A model generated the notes under the pieces. It did no database searches and was not told the DNA's origin. It worked only from the letters and a program-made list of their open reading frames with translations. Positions 1-15,789 of a stretch of DNA of 64,000 nucleotides are shown here, in pieces. Position 1 is the stretch's first letter, and each line of letters starts with the position of its first letter. The position numbers and the translations under genes are program-made. This DNA comes from Eledone cirrhosa (lineage: Eukaryota). Where the stretch lies: assembly GCA_964016885.1 (NCBI GenBank), contig OZ024765.1, positions 11,346,001 to 11,410,000 on the forward strand, read 5' to 3'.

Positions 1-216
1 GTCCAGAATCAGACAGATCCACACAATGATCGCGTCTCAAGCTGTCTGCCGGCGAAACAATTGTAACACACATTAAATTGAGTTCAGATGCATCACTGAT
101 TGTTCGTTTTCTATTATATCATACTCTGCTCTGTAAGAGCATAGAGTGCTCAACTGGCATACCGCCTGTGGAAGCATCTTAGCTACCATCAGACACACAC
201 ACATATATATATATAT

Positions 217-555
217 AGAGGGAGAGGGAGAGAGGGAGGGGGAGAGAGGGAGAGGGAGAGAGGGAGAGAGGGAGAGGGAGAGAGGGAGGGGGAGAGAGGG
301 AGAGGGAGAGAGGGAGGGGGAGAGAGGGAGAGAGAGAGAGGGAGAAGGAGAGAGAGAGGGAGAGAGAGAGAGGTAGAGAGAGAGGGAGAAGGAGAGAGAG
401 AGGGAGAGGGGGAGAGGGAGAGAGGGAGAGAGAGGGAGAAAGGGAGAGAGAGGGAGAGAGAGGGAGAAAGGGAGAGAGAGGGAGAGAGAGGGAGAAAGGG
501 AGAGAGAGGGAGAAAGGGAGAGAGAGGGAGAAAGGGAGAGAGAGGGAGAGAGAGA
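217..555. repeat. (GA)n/GGGAGA purine microsatellite
   Basis: Directly visible; source of SL/ER artefact ORFs. Confidence 0.95.
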
Positions 556-569
556 TGTTCGAGTTTGTG

Positions 570-2125
570 GGTATATATATGTAAATATGATGTGTATATA
601 TATATATATACACGCATACAAATGTATGTATATATGTGTATGAGTCAGTATGATGTGTGTATCTATGTAAATATGCTGTGTATATATACACGCACACAAA
701 TGTATGTGTGTATGTGTCAGTATGATGTGTGTATCTATGTAAATATGATGTGTATATATATATATACACGCACACAAATGTATGTATATATGTGTACGTG
801 TCAGTATGATGTGTGTATATATGTAAATATGATGTGTATATATATATACACACACACAAATGTAAGTATATATGTGTATGTGTCAGTATGATGTGTGTAT
901 CTATGTAAATATGATGTGTATATATATATATACACGCACACAAATGTATGTATATATGTGTACGTGTCAGTATGATGTGTGTATATATGTAAATATGATG
1001 TGTATATATATATACACGCACACAAATGTATGTATATATGTGTATGTGTCAGTATGATGTGTGTATCTATGTAAATAGGATGTATATATATATATACACG
1101 GACACAAATGTATGTATATATGTGTAAGTATGATGTGTGTATATATGTAAATATATATACACGCACACAAATGTATGTATATATGTGTATGTGTCAGTAT
1201 GATGTGTGTATATATGTAAATATGATGTGTATATATATATACACGGACACAAATGTATGTATATATGTGTATGTGTAAGTATGATGTGTGTATCTATGTA
1301 AATATGATGTGTATATATATATACACGGACACAAATGTATGTATATATGTGTATGAGTCAGTATGATGTGTGTATCTATGTAAATATGATGTGTATATAT
1401 ATATACACGCACACAAATGTATGTATATATGTGTATGTGTAAGTATGATGTGTGTATCTATGTAAATATGATGTGTATATATATATATACACGCACACAA
1501 ATGTATGTATATATGTGTATGTGTAAGTATGATGTGTGTATCTATGTAAATATGATGTGTATATATATATACATGCACACAAATGTATGTATATATGTGT
1601 AAGTATGATGTGTGTATTTATGGAAATATGATGTGTATATATATATACACGCACACAAATGTATGTATATATGTGTATGTGTCAGTATGATGTGTGTATC
1701 TATGTAAATATGATGTGTATATATATATATATACACACGCATACAAATATATGTATGTATATATATGTGTAAGTATGATGTGTGTATCCATGTAAATATG
1801 ATGTGTATATATATATATACACACAAATGTATGTATATATGTGGAAGTATGATGTGTGTATCTATGTAAATATGATGTGTATATATATATATACACACAC
1901 ACATACAAATATATGTATGTATATATGTGTAAAGTATGTTGTGTTTATCTATGTAAATATGATGTGTGTATATATATATATATATAAACACACACACATA
2001 CAAATATATATATGTATATATGTGTAAGTATGATGTGTGTATCTATGTAAATATGGTGTATATATATATATACACACATACAAATATATGTATGTATATA
2101 TATGTGTAAAGTATGCTGTGTGTAT
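570..2125. repeat. Minisatellite, ~80-90 bp unit with variable (TA)n
   Basis: Recurrent agtatgatgtgtgtatctatgtaaatatgatgtg(ta)n-cacgcacacaaatg unit. Confidence 0.9.
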
Positions 2126-2229
2126 CCATTTGCCAATTAAGTTGGACTTTAATAGTTCCTTTATAAAAACACTACAATAGCAAGAAACCCTAAGGTCAGG
2201 AATGAACTTTTAAAATTAATTGCAAAATA

Positions 2230-3325
2230 CTCATACATACACACATACATACATATATGCATATACACTCACACACATGCATGCATGCATGCACCCAGAC
2301 ACACGCACACACACACATACACTCAGACACACACACACACGCATGCACTCAGAAACACACACATATATATATCACATCTATATATATATGCAGATATACA
2401 CTCACACATACACGCACACACACATATATATATATATATATAAACACATCTATACATATATGCATATATACACTCACACATACACACACATATATATATA
2501 AATGTATATATATATATATATATATAAACACATCTATACATATATACACTCACACATGCACACACACACACATATATCTATACATATAAGCACATATACA
2601 CTCACAACACATGCACATATGCATACATATTATTGTATTGTATATTTTATATATATATATATATATACATATTTATATATATATGTATACACATACATAT
2701 ATATATATAACATATTTGCACATATATATACACACATACACACATACACACACATACACACACACACACATACAGACACATACACACACACACACATACA
2801 GACACATACACACACACATACCTATATACAAACACACACATACACACACACACACACACGCATATATATATATACACACACATACACACATGCATACATA
2901 CATACATACACACATACAGACACACATACACACACACACACATACATATACACACACACACACAAACAGTGACACTATACATCTTCATTAGAAATATATA
3001 TTGAAAAATGAACGCCTTCTATGTGGCATGAATTAATAAGTGTTACGCCTCAGTGAACACATAACACACATGACAACACAGCAACACACACACATAACAC
3101 ACATGCCAACACGGCAACACACACACACACACACATGCATGCATGCCCAAATGCACCCAAATGCATACCAACACACACATGTACACACAATCATAAATAC
3201 ACACACACAGATATACACATGTACAAACAATCATGTACACACAGGTACACACACACATGTATATATACACACACACACACATGTCCATATAATCATGTAC
3301 ACACAATAAGGTACACACACACATG
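2230..3325. repeat. (CA)n/(TA)n compound microsatellite
   Basis: Directly visible. Confidence 0.9.
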
Positions 3326-3330
3326 TCCAC

Positions 3331-4750
3331 ACATCTCTGAATTGAGAGGTCACAACCCTGATACTACAGATGTGTGGTTAGAATGTGTGAGGAAAGAATT
3401 GCTGGAGATATTTGTAGCTCGGAGATCAGAGAGTCACTCCAGGTAGAGCTGCTACTTCTCCAAATTGAGAGATCACAGCTCTGATACTATGGACATGTGG
3501 TTAGAATGTCTCAGGAAAGAATTGTTGGAGATATTTGTAGCTCGGAGATCAGAGAGTCACTCCAGGTAGAGCTGCTACATCTCTGAATTGAGAGATCACA
3601 GCTCTGATACTATGGACATGTGGTTAGAATGTCTCAGGAAAGAATTGTTGGAGATATTTGTAGCTCGGAGATCAGAGAGTCACTCCAGGTAGAGCTGCTA
3701 CATCTCTGAATTGAGAGATCACAGCTCTGATACTATGGACATGTGGTTAGAATGTCTCAGGAAAGAATTGTTGGAGATATTTGTAGCTCGGAGATCAGAG
3801 AGTCACTCCAGGTAGAGCTGCTACTTCTCCAAATTGAGAGATCACAGCTCTGATACTATGGACATGTGGTTAGAATGTCTCAGGAAAGAATTGTTGGAGA
3901 TATTTGTAGCTCGGAGATCAGAGAGTCACTCCAGGTAGAGCTGCTACATCTCTGAATTGAGAGATCACAGCTCTGATACTATGGACATGTGGTTAGAATG
4001 TCTCAGGAAAGAATTGTTGGAGATATTTGTAGCTCGGAGATCAGAGAGTCACTCCAGGTAGAGCTGCTACATCTCTGAATTGAGAGATCACAGCTCTGAT
4101 ACTATGGACATGTGGTTAGAATGTCTCAGGAAAGAATTGTTGGAGATATTTGTAGCTCGGAGATCAGAGAGTCACTCCAGGTAGAGCCGCTACATCTCTG
4201 AATTGAGAGATCACAGCTCTGATACTATGGACATGTGGTTAGAATGTCTCAGGAAAGAATTGTTGGAGATATTTGTAGCTCGGAGATCAGAGAGTCACTC
4301 CAGGTAGAGCTGCTACATCTCTGAATTGAGAGATCACAGCTCTGATACTATGGACATGTGGTTAGAATGTCTCAGGAAAGAATTGTTGGAGATATTTGTA
4401 GCTCGGAGATCAGAGAGTCACTCCAGGTAGAGCTGCTACATCTCTGAATTGAGAGATCACAGCTCTGATACTATGGACATGTGGTTAGAATGTCTCAGGA
4501 AAGAATTGTTGGAGATATTTGTAGCTCGGAGATCAGAGAGTCACTCCAGGTAGAGCTGCTACATCTCTGAATTGAGAGATCACAGCTCTGATACTATGGA
4601 CATGTGGTTAGAATGTCTCAGGAAAGAATTGTTGGAGATATTTGTAGCTCGGAGATCAGAGAGTCACTCCAGGTAGAGCTGCTACTTCTCTGAATTGAGA
4701 GATCACAGCTCTGATACTATGGACATGTGGTTAGAATGTCTCAGGAAAGA
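3331..4750 (+). repeat. 123-bp tandem array (~11.5 copies) derived from RTE LINE ORF2
   Basis: Period 123 (3581, 3704...); unit translates ...IRESLQVELL.L.IERSQL*YYGHVVRMSQERI, resembling the RTE C-terminal IERSQLRWFGHVVRM segment. Confidence 0.85.
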
Positions 4751-4968
4751 ATCATTGAACAGATTTTATGGGCAAAACCAAACTGGCAGGAGACCCAGGG
4801 GTAGACCCTGAGCAAGATGGTTAGATAACATCCATGAGCTTGGCTGGTAGTGCTTGGGGGCTCAAGCAGGATCAGTTGGACACGGTTGCTTCTGACAGGA
4901 CCCACTGGAAGGTGTGTTTGAGGATTCCGTCCCCACAACCCTCTCAGGTATAAGTGAACAAAGAAGAT
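4751..4968 (+). mobile_element. RTE-clade LINE 3' end (family 1), degraded
   Basis: GRRPRGRP..RWLDNIHELG..ASDRTHW motif; second copy at 30365-30583. Confidence 0.8.
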
Positions 4969-5209
4969 ATGTACTGAACCACCTACAGGGGATTGTGGTA
5001 AATAAAATAAAGTACCAGTTATGTACTTGGGTTGATATAATTGGCTTTTTCCTCTTCTCAAAACTACAGGCTTTTTGCTTAAATTAGTTCACGTCTCCCC
5101 TCCTTATGTACATGATGTAAACACAATATTATCGAAGTGATTACCATATGCTATCAACACAGTAAGGCAGCAAATTGGCAGAGTCGTTACAACGTTAGAT
5201 AGAATATAA

Positions 5210-5945
5210 CAATATAATGAAAATTTTTGTGAACAGTGCTCAGGTGCACTTCAACTCATCAAAGGTGCACTTCAACTCATCAAAGGTGCACTACAACTCA
5301 TCAAAGGTGCACTACAACTCATCAAAGGTGCACTACAACTCATCAAAGGTGCACTACAGCTCATCAAAGGTGCACTACAACTCATCAAAGGTGCACTACA
5401 ACTCATCAAAGGTGCACTACAGCTCATCAAAGGTGCACTACAACTCATCAAAGGTGCACTACAACTCATCAAAGATGCACTACAACTCATCAAAGATGCA
5501 CTTCAACTCATCAAAGGTGCACTACAACTCATCAAAGGTGCACTACAACTCATCAAAGGTGCACTACAACTCATCAAAGGTGCACTACAACTCATCAAAG
5601 GTGCACTACAACTCATCAAAGGTGCACCACAACTCATCAAAGGTGCACGTATAGTACATAGAATAATGTACAGATGTCAGGAAAGTGAACAGTGTACGAG
5701 TCATGATATACACACAGATACATGCTTGCATGTATATGGAGGGAGAATATCAGGTGTAGTGTTGGTGAATTTCGGGAAGCATGGAAGTTTTCAAGGATGC
5801 AGTGTCCTGACAGCTAACAACTGATGCAGGTAGTTTGTACCATGCTTCAGCAACTGTGAGCCTGAAAAAATGTTTCCGACAGTCACGGGAGCTGTACTGT
5901 TTTCTGCCTTTGTAGGCATGTCCACGTGTGATAGACACATGGAAT
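5210..5945 (-). mobile_element. CR1-clade LINE 3' end with an internal 21-bp tandem array (5241-5648)
   Basis: TRGHAYK..RKHFF.L.VAEAWYKLPASVV...SLK is a CR1 ORF2 C-terminal pattern; same tail at 16895-17010 and 60565-60690. Confidence 0.8.
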
Positions 5946-5994
5946 GTACCTCAATTCACAACGGCCTGGTGTATTAATTTTGAGCCCTTTATGC

Positions 5995-6140
5995 TCTGAA
6001 TTGAAATCCTGCCAAGGTTAGCTTTGCCTTTCATCCCTACAGGATCGATAAAATAAAGTACCAGTAACATACTGGCATCGATTAATTGACTTTCCCCTTC
6101 CTCCTAAACTCGCTGTCCTTGTGCCAAAATCAAAAACCCT
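5995..6140 (+). mobile_element. SINE fragment (Nin-like central domain family)
   Basis: ctttgcctttcatcc...gataaaataaagtaccagta motif shared with more than 15 copies in the window. Confidence 0.8.
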
Positions 6141-6837
6141 TAGTATTGGTACTATTATTGATGATGTTGTTGTTTCTGTTGCGGTATTGCTGTTGCTATT
6201 GTTGATGTAATTGTGTAACTCTTAACAGTTTTTGTTACTGTATTTCTAATTAAATATTTAATATAAAGTTGATGTGCTTTATACTTATATATCTATATTC
6301 TCAGTACTTAAAAGTCTGAAAGATCAGTTATATATATTGTTTAAATATTTAATATTTCAATCAATTAATTAAATAATTTGGAGGGATATACTAAAATTAA
6401 TATTTTCATTAAAATAGTATTTTGTAGCATAACAAAATGTTCTTAGATTAAATTCTGTTGGAAGTTTTTAATCTAAATAGAATCCATTTAAAATGCTTGT
6501 TGTTGTCTCATAAAGACAGAAGCAATTTTGGTTGGGTTGGTATCGCAAGAGTTAAGTGAAGTCTTTATCCAGCAGCAAGGTCTATGGGAGATGATTCAGT
6601 GGTGGTGTTGAGTTGTTTAGTCACAAACCTGCACTGACCAGTCCCTGGAAGATATCACTTGAGTTCTGTTCGGGGGAGGTATGGGCTCTCTCAGGTTTAA
6701 AATGTGCAAAACACTTCACGCGATAGTGGATCTATCACTTCACCAGGAGTTAAAGGTATATGGCTCCTTATTATCTTAGGTATATATGTATGGACCTGTA
6801 ACTCCTGATTGAATTGTTATGGGTACGTATATCTGTG

Positions 6838-7080
6838 TGGAGGCATGTGGCCTAGCTGTAAGGGTGTTGGACTTACAATCACCATGTGATGGGTTTGATT
6901 CTTAGACTGGTTTGTGTGTTGTGTTCTTGAGCAAAACACTTCCTTTCATGTTGCTCTAGTATACTCAGATGGAAATGTGTACCAGCAATAGCTGGGAGTT
7001 TGACCTTGCGATGGACTGGTGTCCTATCCAGGGGTGCCTTGTATTCCGAGTCACTTCACGCCACGGAAACCAAGATAAGC
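6838..7080 (+). mobile_element. tRNA-headed SINE with gcgatggactgg..tccagggg central domain
   Basis: A/B-box-like head, ttgagcaaaacactt segment, central domain resembling V/Meta-type SINEs. Confidence 0.7.
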
Positions 7081-9105
7081 ACCACATGATGAGTCTCTGG
7101 GATCAAGACAGACTTTAACTCTGCGATGGACTGAGATCCTATCCAGGGAGTGACTTGTATTCTCAGTTGCTTCAAGCCAGGGAAACCAAGATAAGCACCA
7201 TATGATGAGTCTCTGGGATCAAGACAGACTTTAACTCTGCGATGGACAGACATCCTATCCGGGGAGTGACTTGTATTCTCTGCCGGTTCAAGCCAAGGAA
7301 ACCAAGATAATCACAAGCCTGATGGTCTTCTGGGATCAAGACAGACTTTAACTCTGCGATGGACTGACATCCTATCCAGGGAGTGACTTGTATTCTCAGT
7401 TGCTTCAAGCCAGGGAAACCAAGATAATCACAAGCCTGATGGTCTTCTGGGATCAAGACAGACTTTAACTCTGCGATGGACTGACATCCTATCCAGGGGG
7501 TGACTTGTATTCTCTGCCGCTTCAAGCCAGGGAAACCAAGATAATCACAAGCCTGATGGTCTTCTGGGATTAAGACAGACTTTAACTCTGCGATGGACTG
7601 ACATCCTATCCAGGGGGTGACTTGTATTCGCTGCCGCTTCAAGCCAGGGAAACCAAGATAATCACAAGCCTGATGGTCTTCTGGGATTAAGACAGACTTT
7701 AACTCTGCGATGGACTGACATCCTATCCAGGGGGTGACTTGTATTCTCTGCCGCTTCAAGCCAGGGAAACCAAGATAATCACAAGCCTGATGGTCTTCTG
7801 GGATTAAGACAGACTTTAACTCTGCGATGGACTGACATCCTATCCAGGGGGTGACTTGTATTCTCTGCCGCTTCAAGCCAGGGAAACCAAGATAATCACA
7901 AGCCTGATGGTCTTCTGGGATTAAGACAGACTTAAACTCTGCGATGGACTGACATCCTATCCAGGGGGTGACTTGTATTCTCTGCCGCTTCAAGCCAGAG
8001 AAACCAAGATAATCACAAGCCTGATGGTCTTCTGGGATTAAGACAGACTTTAACTCTGCGATGGACTGACATCCTATCCAGGGAGTGACTTGTATTCTCT
8101 GCCGCTTCAAGCCAGAGAAATCAAGATAATCACAAGCCTGATGGTCTTCTGGGATTAAGACAGACTTTAACTCTGCGATGGACTGACATCCTATCCAGGG
8201 GGTGACTTGTATTCTCTGCCGCTTCAAGCCAGAGAAATCAAGATAATCACAAGCCTGATGATCTTCTGGGATCAAGACAGACTTTAACTCTGCGATGGAC
8301 TGACATCCTATCCAAGAGGTGACTTGTATTCTCTGCCGCTTCAAGCCAGGGAAATCAAGATAATCACAAGCCTGATGGTCTTCTGGAATTAAGACAGACT
8401 TTAACTCTGCGATGGACTGACATCCTATCCAGGGGGTGACTTGTATTCTCTGCCGCTTCAAGCCAGAGAAATCAAGATAATCACAAGCCCGATGATCTTC
8501 TGGGATCAAGACAGACTTTAACTCTGCGATGGACTGACATCCTATCCAGGGGGTGACTTGTATTCTCTGCCGCTTCAAGCCAGGGAAACCAAGATAATCA
8601 CAAGCCTGATGGTCTTCTGGGATCAAGAAAGACTTTAACTCTGCGATGGACTGACATCCTATCCAGGGGGTGACTTGTATTCTCTGCCGCTTCAAGCCAG
8701 GGAAACCAAGATAATCACAAGCCCGATGGTCTTCCGGGATCAAGACAGACTTTAACTCTGCGATGGACTGACATCCTATCCAGGGGGTGACTTGTATTCG
8801 CTGCCGCTTCAAGCCAGAGAAACCAAGATAATCACAAGCCCGATGGTCTTCTGGGATCAAGACAGACTTTAACTCTGCGATGGACTGACATCCTATCCAG
8901 GGGGTGACTTGTATTCTCTGCCGCTTCAAGCCAGGGAAACCAAGATAATCACAAGCCTGATGGTCTTCTGGGATTAAGACAGACTTTAACTCTGCGATGG
9001 ACTGACATCCTATCCAGGGGGGTGACTTGTATTCTCTGCCGCTTCAAGCCAGGGAAACCAAGATAATCACAAGCCTGATGGTCTTCTGGGATTAAGAAAG
9101 ACTTT
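7005..9105 (+). repeat. 117-bp tandem array (~18 copies) amplified from the SINE central domain
   Basis: Period 117 (7331, 7448); the first unit is continuous with the SINE head at 6838. Confidence 0.9.
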
Positions 9106-9519
9106 AGATTTAGACATATGTCTATGCAATACTATTTAGCTACTTTGCACAACAATCCAATTGATCAAGCAACAGAATGTTCATCTTCAAAACTGGTGGA
9201 GATCCATTTACATTTTTTTTTTTTTTACCCACAAGTCTACAGGGGGTGGAAGCCTAAGAAGATTAAGGGTGCCAAATTTCCTTATCAGACTCAATTAGTT
9301 ACAAGCTCTACTAGAACAACAACAACAACAACAACAACAACAACTGTATATTATATTAAACAAGGCATCTACAGCAGAGATAACATGCTGTCTGGCTGCA
9401 ACAACAACAACAACAGCAACAATAACTATGATGCGATTAGACAGAGCGAACATCATGCATGGATGCATGCATGCATGGCTTGTTAAATACTGCAACAGCA
9501 CTGCGGAATCAGAAAATGC

Positions 9520-10440
<921 letters not shown>

Positions 10441-10964
10441 GATATTGTATATCTGTTTAGATTCTCTAGGTATGTGATAAAAGAATATTATAATGTTTTA
10501 CACAGTGAGTCATACACTTCGTATGATGACACAGTATGAATGCCATATCGATATCACATACCTTAGTGAGGCAGGGGGGATATCATGTGCATATTACATA
10601 AATATTAAACAAATATTATATTGATTCTTCGACGTAACAGATGATATTATCTAAGAACCACATGGATATGCTATAAACGATATCATGTGATGACTCATAT
10701 ATACTGAAATGATGTCATATGAATGCTGTGTTGATATCATATCGTAATCATGGCGGTATGGCTATGTTTACGTCATGTGCAAAGGGATGAGATATCGATA
10801 CCATAATGATATCATACGGATACTGTGTTGATGTTATATTGTGTTATATACCATAATGAAATCATATTGTAGTCACATTGATAATATTGTTTACATCATG
10901 TGCAGAGTGGTAGAAATATAGATACCATAATGATATCATATAGTAATCACATTGATATTATTGT

Positions 10965-11345
10965 ATGGTTAACTTTGCTTTCATCCTTCCGGGGTCGATA
11001 AAATAAAGTACCAGTAATGCACTGGGTAATTGCTGGCCTTGTGCCAAAAGTAGAAACAATTATTGTTTTTACATCCTGTGCACAGGGGTAGAGATATAGA
11101 TACCATACTGATATCATGAATGCCATATTGATATCACATGGGAGCAATATCGGTAATATTGTGTTTATATTGTGTGCATAAAAATGAGCTATAGGTATCA
11201 TAATTATTTCTACATTTGGCACAAGGCCAGCAATTTGAAGGGAAGCAGGGAAAGCAGATTAAATCGACTGCAGTGTGTGACTGGTACTTCATTTTATCGA
11301 CCCCGTAAGGATGAATGGCAAAGTTAAATTGGTGGGATTTGATCT
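10965..11345. mobile_element. Two Nin-like SINE fragments (+ 10965-11065; - 11205-11345)
   Basis: ggggtcgataaaataaagtaccag motif in both orientations. Confidence 0.75.
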
Positions 11346-12245
11346 CAGAAAACAGCACAGCTCCCATGACTTTCGGAAATATTCTTTCACTCTCAGAGTT
11401 CCTGAAGCATGGAACAAACTACCTGGATCAGTTGTTAGCTGTCGAGACACTTCATCCTTTAAAACCTCCATGGAACAAACTACCTGCATCAGTTGTTAGC
11501 TGTCGAAACACTTCATCCTTTAAAACCTCCATGGATCAGTTGTTAGCTGTCGAGACACTGCATCCTTTAAAACCTCCATTGAACAAGCTACCTGCATCAG
11601 TTGTTAGCTGTCGAGACACTGCATCCTTTAAAACCTCCATGGAACAAACTACCTGCATCAGTTGTTAGCTGTCGAGACACTGCATCCTTTAAAACCTCCA
11701 TGGAACAAACTACCTGGATCAGTTGTTAGCTGTCGAAACACTTCATCCTTTAAAACCTCCATGGATCAGTTGTTAGCTGTCGAGACACTGCATTCTTTAA
11801 AACCTCCATGGAACAAACTAACTGCATCAGTTGATAGCTGTCGAGACACTTCATCCTTTAAAAGTTCCATGGAACAAACTATCTGCATCAGTTGTTAGCT
11901 GTCGAGACACTGCATCCTTTAAAACCTCCATTGAACAAGCTACCTGCATCAGTTGTTAGCTACCGAGACACTGCGTCCTTTAAAACCTCCATGGAACAAA
12001 CTACCTGGATCAGGTGTTAACTGTCGAGACACTGCATCCTTTAAAACCTCCATGGAACAAACTCCCTGGATCAGTTGTTAGCTGTCGAGACACTGCATCC
12101 TTTAAAACCTCCATGGAACAAACTACCTGGATCAGGTGTTAACTGTCGAGACACTGCATCCTTTACAACCTCCATGCTTACCGAAATTCACCAACACTAC
12201 ACCTGATATACCCCCCCCCCCCTCCACCTTACATACACACGCACA
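11345..12245 (+). mobile_element. CR1 3' end with an internal ~61-bp tandem array (11408-12175)
   Basis: RKQHSSHDFRKYSFTLRVPEAWNKLPGSVVSCRDTSSFKTSM; the WNKLP..SFKTSM segment is repeated ~13 times. Confidence 0.85.
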
Positions 12246-12477
12246 CATGAGTCCATCACTTGAACCAGTGGAATATCCAGGATGTGACACCACCACATCA
12301 CATTCAATACCACCATCACCACCATCACCAACACCACCACACCACCACATCACATTCAATACCACCATCACCACCACCACCACCATCACCACCACCATCA
12401 CATTCAATACCACCAACACCACCACCACCACCACAGTGTTCGAGAGAGAGAAAGAGAGAGAGAGAGAGTGAAAGAGA

Positions 12478-12530
<53 letters not shown>

Positions 12531-12557
12531 GGGAGGGAGAGAGAGAAAGAGAGAGAC

Positions 12558-12633
<76 letters not shown>

Positions 12634-12784
12634 GAGAGTGAGAGAGTGAAGGTTGTAGCAGCACAGGGTTTGATACTTTATTAACCCTTGGAAGGATGAA
12701 AGGCTAAAGTGAACCTCTGTGAGATTAGAACCCAAAACACAGACACCTGGTACAACTATCTAATGTTCTAATGATTCTTGGAAT

Positions 12785-13800
12785 CAACAATAACACCACC
12801 GACACCACCACCACCACAACACCACCACCACCACAACAACAACAGCACCACAACAACACCACCACCACAACAACAATAACACCACCGACACCACCACCAC
12901 CACAACAACACCACCACCACCACAACAATAACACCACCGACACCACCACCACCACAACACCACCACCACCACCACAACAACACCACCACCACAACAACAA
13001 CAATAACACCACCGACACCACCACCACCACAACACCACCACCACAACAACACCACCACCACCACAACAATAACACCACCGACACCACCACCACCACAACA
13101 CCACCACCACAACAACACCACCACCACAACAACAATAACACCACCGACACCACCACCACCACAACACCACCACCACAACAACACCACCACCACAACAACA
13201 ATAACACCACCGATACCACCACCACCACAACACCACCACCACAACAACACCACCACCACAACAACAATAACACCACCACCACCACCACAACACCACCACC
13301 ACAACAACACCACCACCACCACAACAATAACACCACCGACACCACCACCACCACAACAACACCACCACCACCACAACACCACCACCACAACAACAATAAC
13401 ACCACCGACACCACCACCACCACAACACCACCACCACAACAACACCACCACCACAACAACAATAACACCACCGATACCACCACCACCACAACACCACCAC
13501 CACAACAACACCACCACCACAACAACAATAACACCACCACCACCACCACAACACCACCACCACAACAACACCACCACCACCACAACAATAACACCACCGA
13601 CACCACCACCACCACAACAACACCACCACCACCACAACACCACCACCACAACAACACCACCACCACCACAACAACAATAACACCACCGACACCACCACCA
13701 CAACACCACCACCACCACAACAACAACAGCACCACAACAACACCACCACCACAACAACACCACCTATAACAACAACAGCTACAACAACAACAACAACATC
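12785..13800. repeat. (CAC/CAA)n compound minisatellite
   Basis: Directly visible. Confidence 0.9.
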
Positions 13801-13869
13801 AATATATCTGTCTCTCAGTAGGATTAACGTATCAGCAATAATGATGGATTGGTGAAAAACAAAACTGTA

Positions 13870-14016
13870 CATTGTATGTGTGTGTGTGTATATATATATA
13901 TATATTGTGTATGTGTGTGTGTATGTATATATATATATATTGTGTATGTGTGTGTGTATATATATATATATATTGTGTATGTGTGTGTGTATGTATATAT
14001 ATATATATATTGTGTA

Positions 14017-14047
<31 letters not shown>

Positions 14048-14135
14048 TGTGTATGTGTGTGTGTATGTATATATATATATATATATATATATTGTGTATG
14101 TGTGTGTGTGTGTATATGTATATATATATTGTGTA

Positions 14136-14166
<31 letters not shown>

Positions 14167-14246
14167 TGTGTATGTATGTGTGTGTGTGTATATATATATA
14201 TATATTGTGTATGTGTGTGTGTATGTATATATATATATATTGTGTA

Positions 14247-14277
<31 letters not shown>

Positions 14278-14365
14278 TGTGTATGTGTGTGTGTATGTAT
14301 ATATATATATATATATATATATTGTGTATGTGTGTGTGTGTGTATATGTATATATATATTGTGTA

Positions 14366-14402
<37 letters not shown>

Positions 14403-14445
14403 TGTGTATGTATGTGTGTATATGTATATATATATATATATTGTG

Positions 14446-14484
<39 letters not shown>

Positions 14485-14523
14485 TCTGTATGTGTGTGTA
14501 TATGTGTATATATATATATTCTG

Positions 14524-14571
<48 letters not shown>

Positions 14572-14652
14572 GTATGTGTGTGTATATATATATATATATA
14601 TTGTGTATGTGTGTGTGTATATATGTGTATATATATATATATATTGTGTATG

Positions 14653-14693
<41 letters not shown>

Positions 14694-15079
14694 TGTGTAT
14701 GTGTGTGTGTGCATATGTGTATATATATATATATATTATGTATATGTGTATATATATATATATTGTGTATGTGTGTGTGTATGTATATATGTGTATGTGT
14801 GTATATGTGTATATATATATATATTGTGTATGTGTGTGTATATATGTATATATATATATTGTGTGTGTGTATGTATATATATATATATATATATTGTGTA
14901 TGTGTGTGTATATGTATATATATATATATTGTGTATGTGTGTATGTATATATATATATATATATATAATATATATATAATATATATATATTGTGTATGTG
15001 TGTGTATATGTATATATATATATATTGTGTATGTGTGTATGTATATATATATATATATATAATATATATATATTGTGTA

Positions 15080-15117
<38 letters not shown>

Positions 15118-15130
15118 GTATGTGTGTGTG

Positions 15131-15175
<45 letters not shown>

Positions 15176-15730
15176 TATATTGTGTATGTGTGTGTATATG
15201 TATATATATATATATATAATATATATTGTGTGTGTGTATATATATATATTGTGTATGTGTGTCTGTGTATGTGCGAACATGTGTATATGTACATATGTAT
15301 CTGTGTACACACCCACACGTGTATGCATGTGTACACACACGTGTGTATATATATGTGTGTGTATGGGTGTGAGTATGTCTGTGTGAGAGTTTGTATGTGT
15401 GTATGTGTGTGTGTGTATGTGTGTGTGTGTGTATCTGTGTGTGTGAATGTGCACCTGTGTTTCAGTGTGTAAGTGTATGTGAGGGTCATGTGTGTGAGAG
15501 TGTGTGTGAATGCGTCTGTATGTATGTGTATGTAAGTATGTATGTATGTGTATGTAAGTATGTATGTATGTGTATGTGAGTATGTATATATGTGTCTGTG
15601 CGTATACGTATGTAAGTGTGTATGTATGTATAGGAGACTATATGTAAGTATGTATGTATCTGAATGTGTATGTGTGTGTATGTATGTGAGAGTGTATGCA
15701 TGCATGTATGTATGTGTGTATGTATGTTAT
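13870..15730. repeat. ttgtgtat(gt)n(at)n minisatellite
   Basis: Directly visible. Confidence 0.9.
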
Positions 15731-15789
15731 CTCTTTCTCTTAATTTTGAGTATATTTTTTTTGACTGGCCACCTTCCCTTGAATCGCAA

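Noticed and set aside
7172-8929. 585-aa ORF of 39-aa repeats
   Set aside because: Antisense of a 117-bp SINE-derived array; stays open only because the unit length is a multiple of 3 and lacks a stop
12784-15705. 973-aa ORF and the other YI/HT/CV/poly-P/poly-V ORFs
   Set aside because: Microsatellite translations
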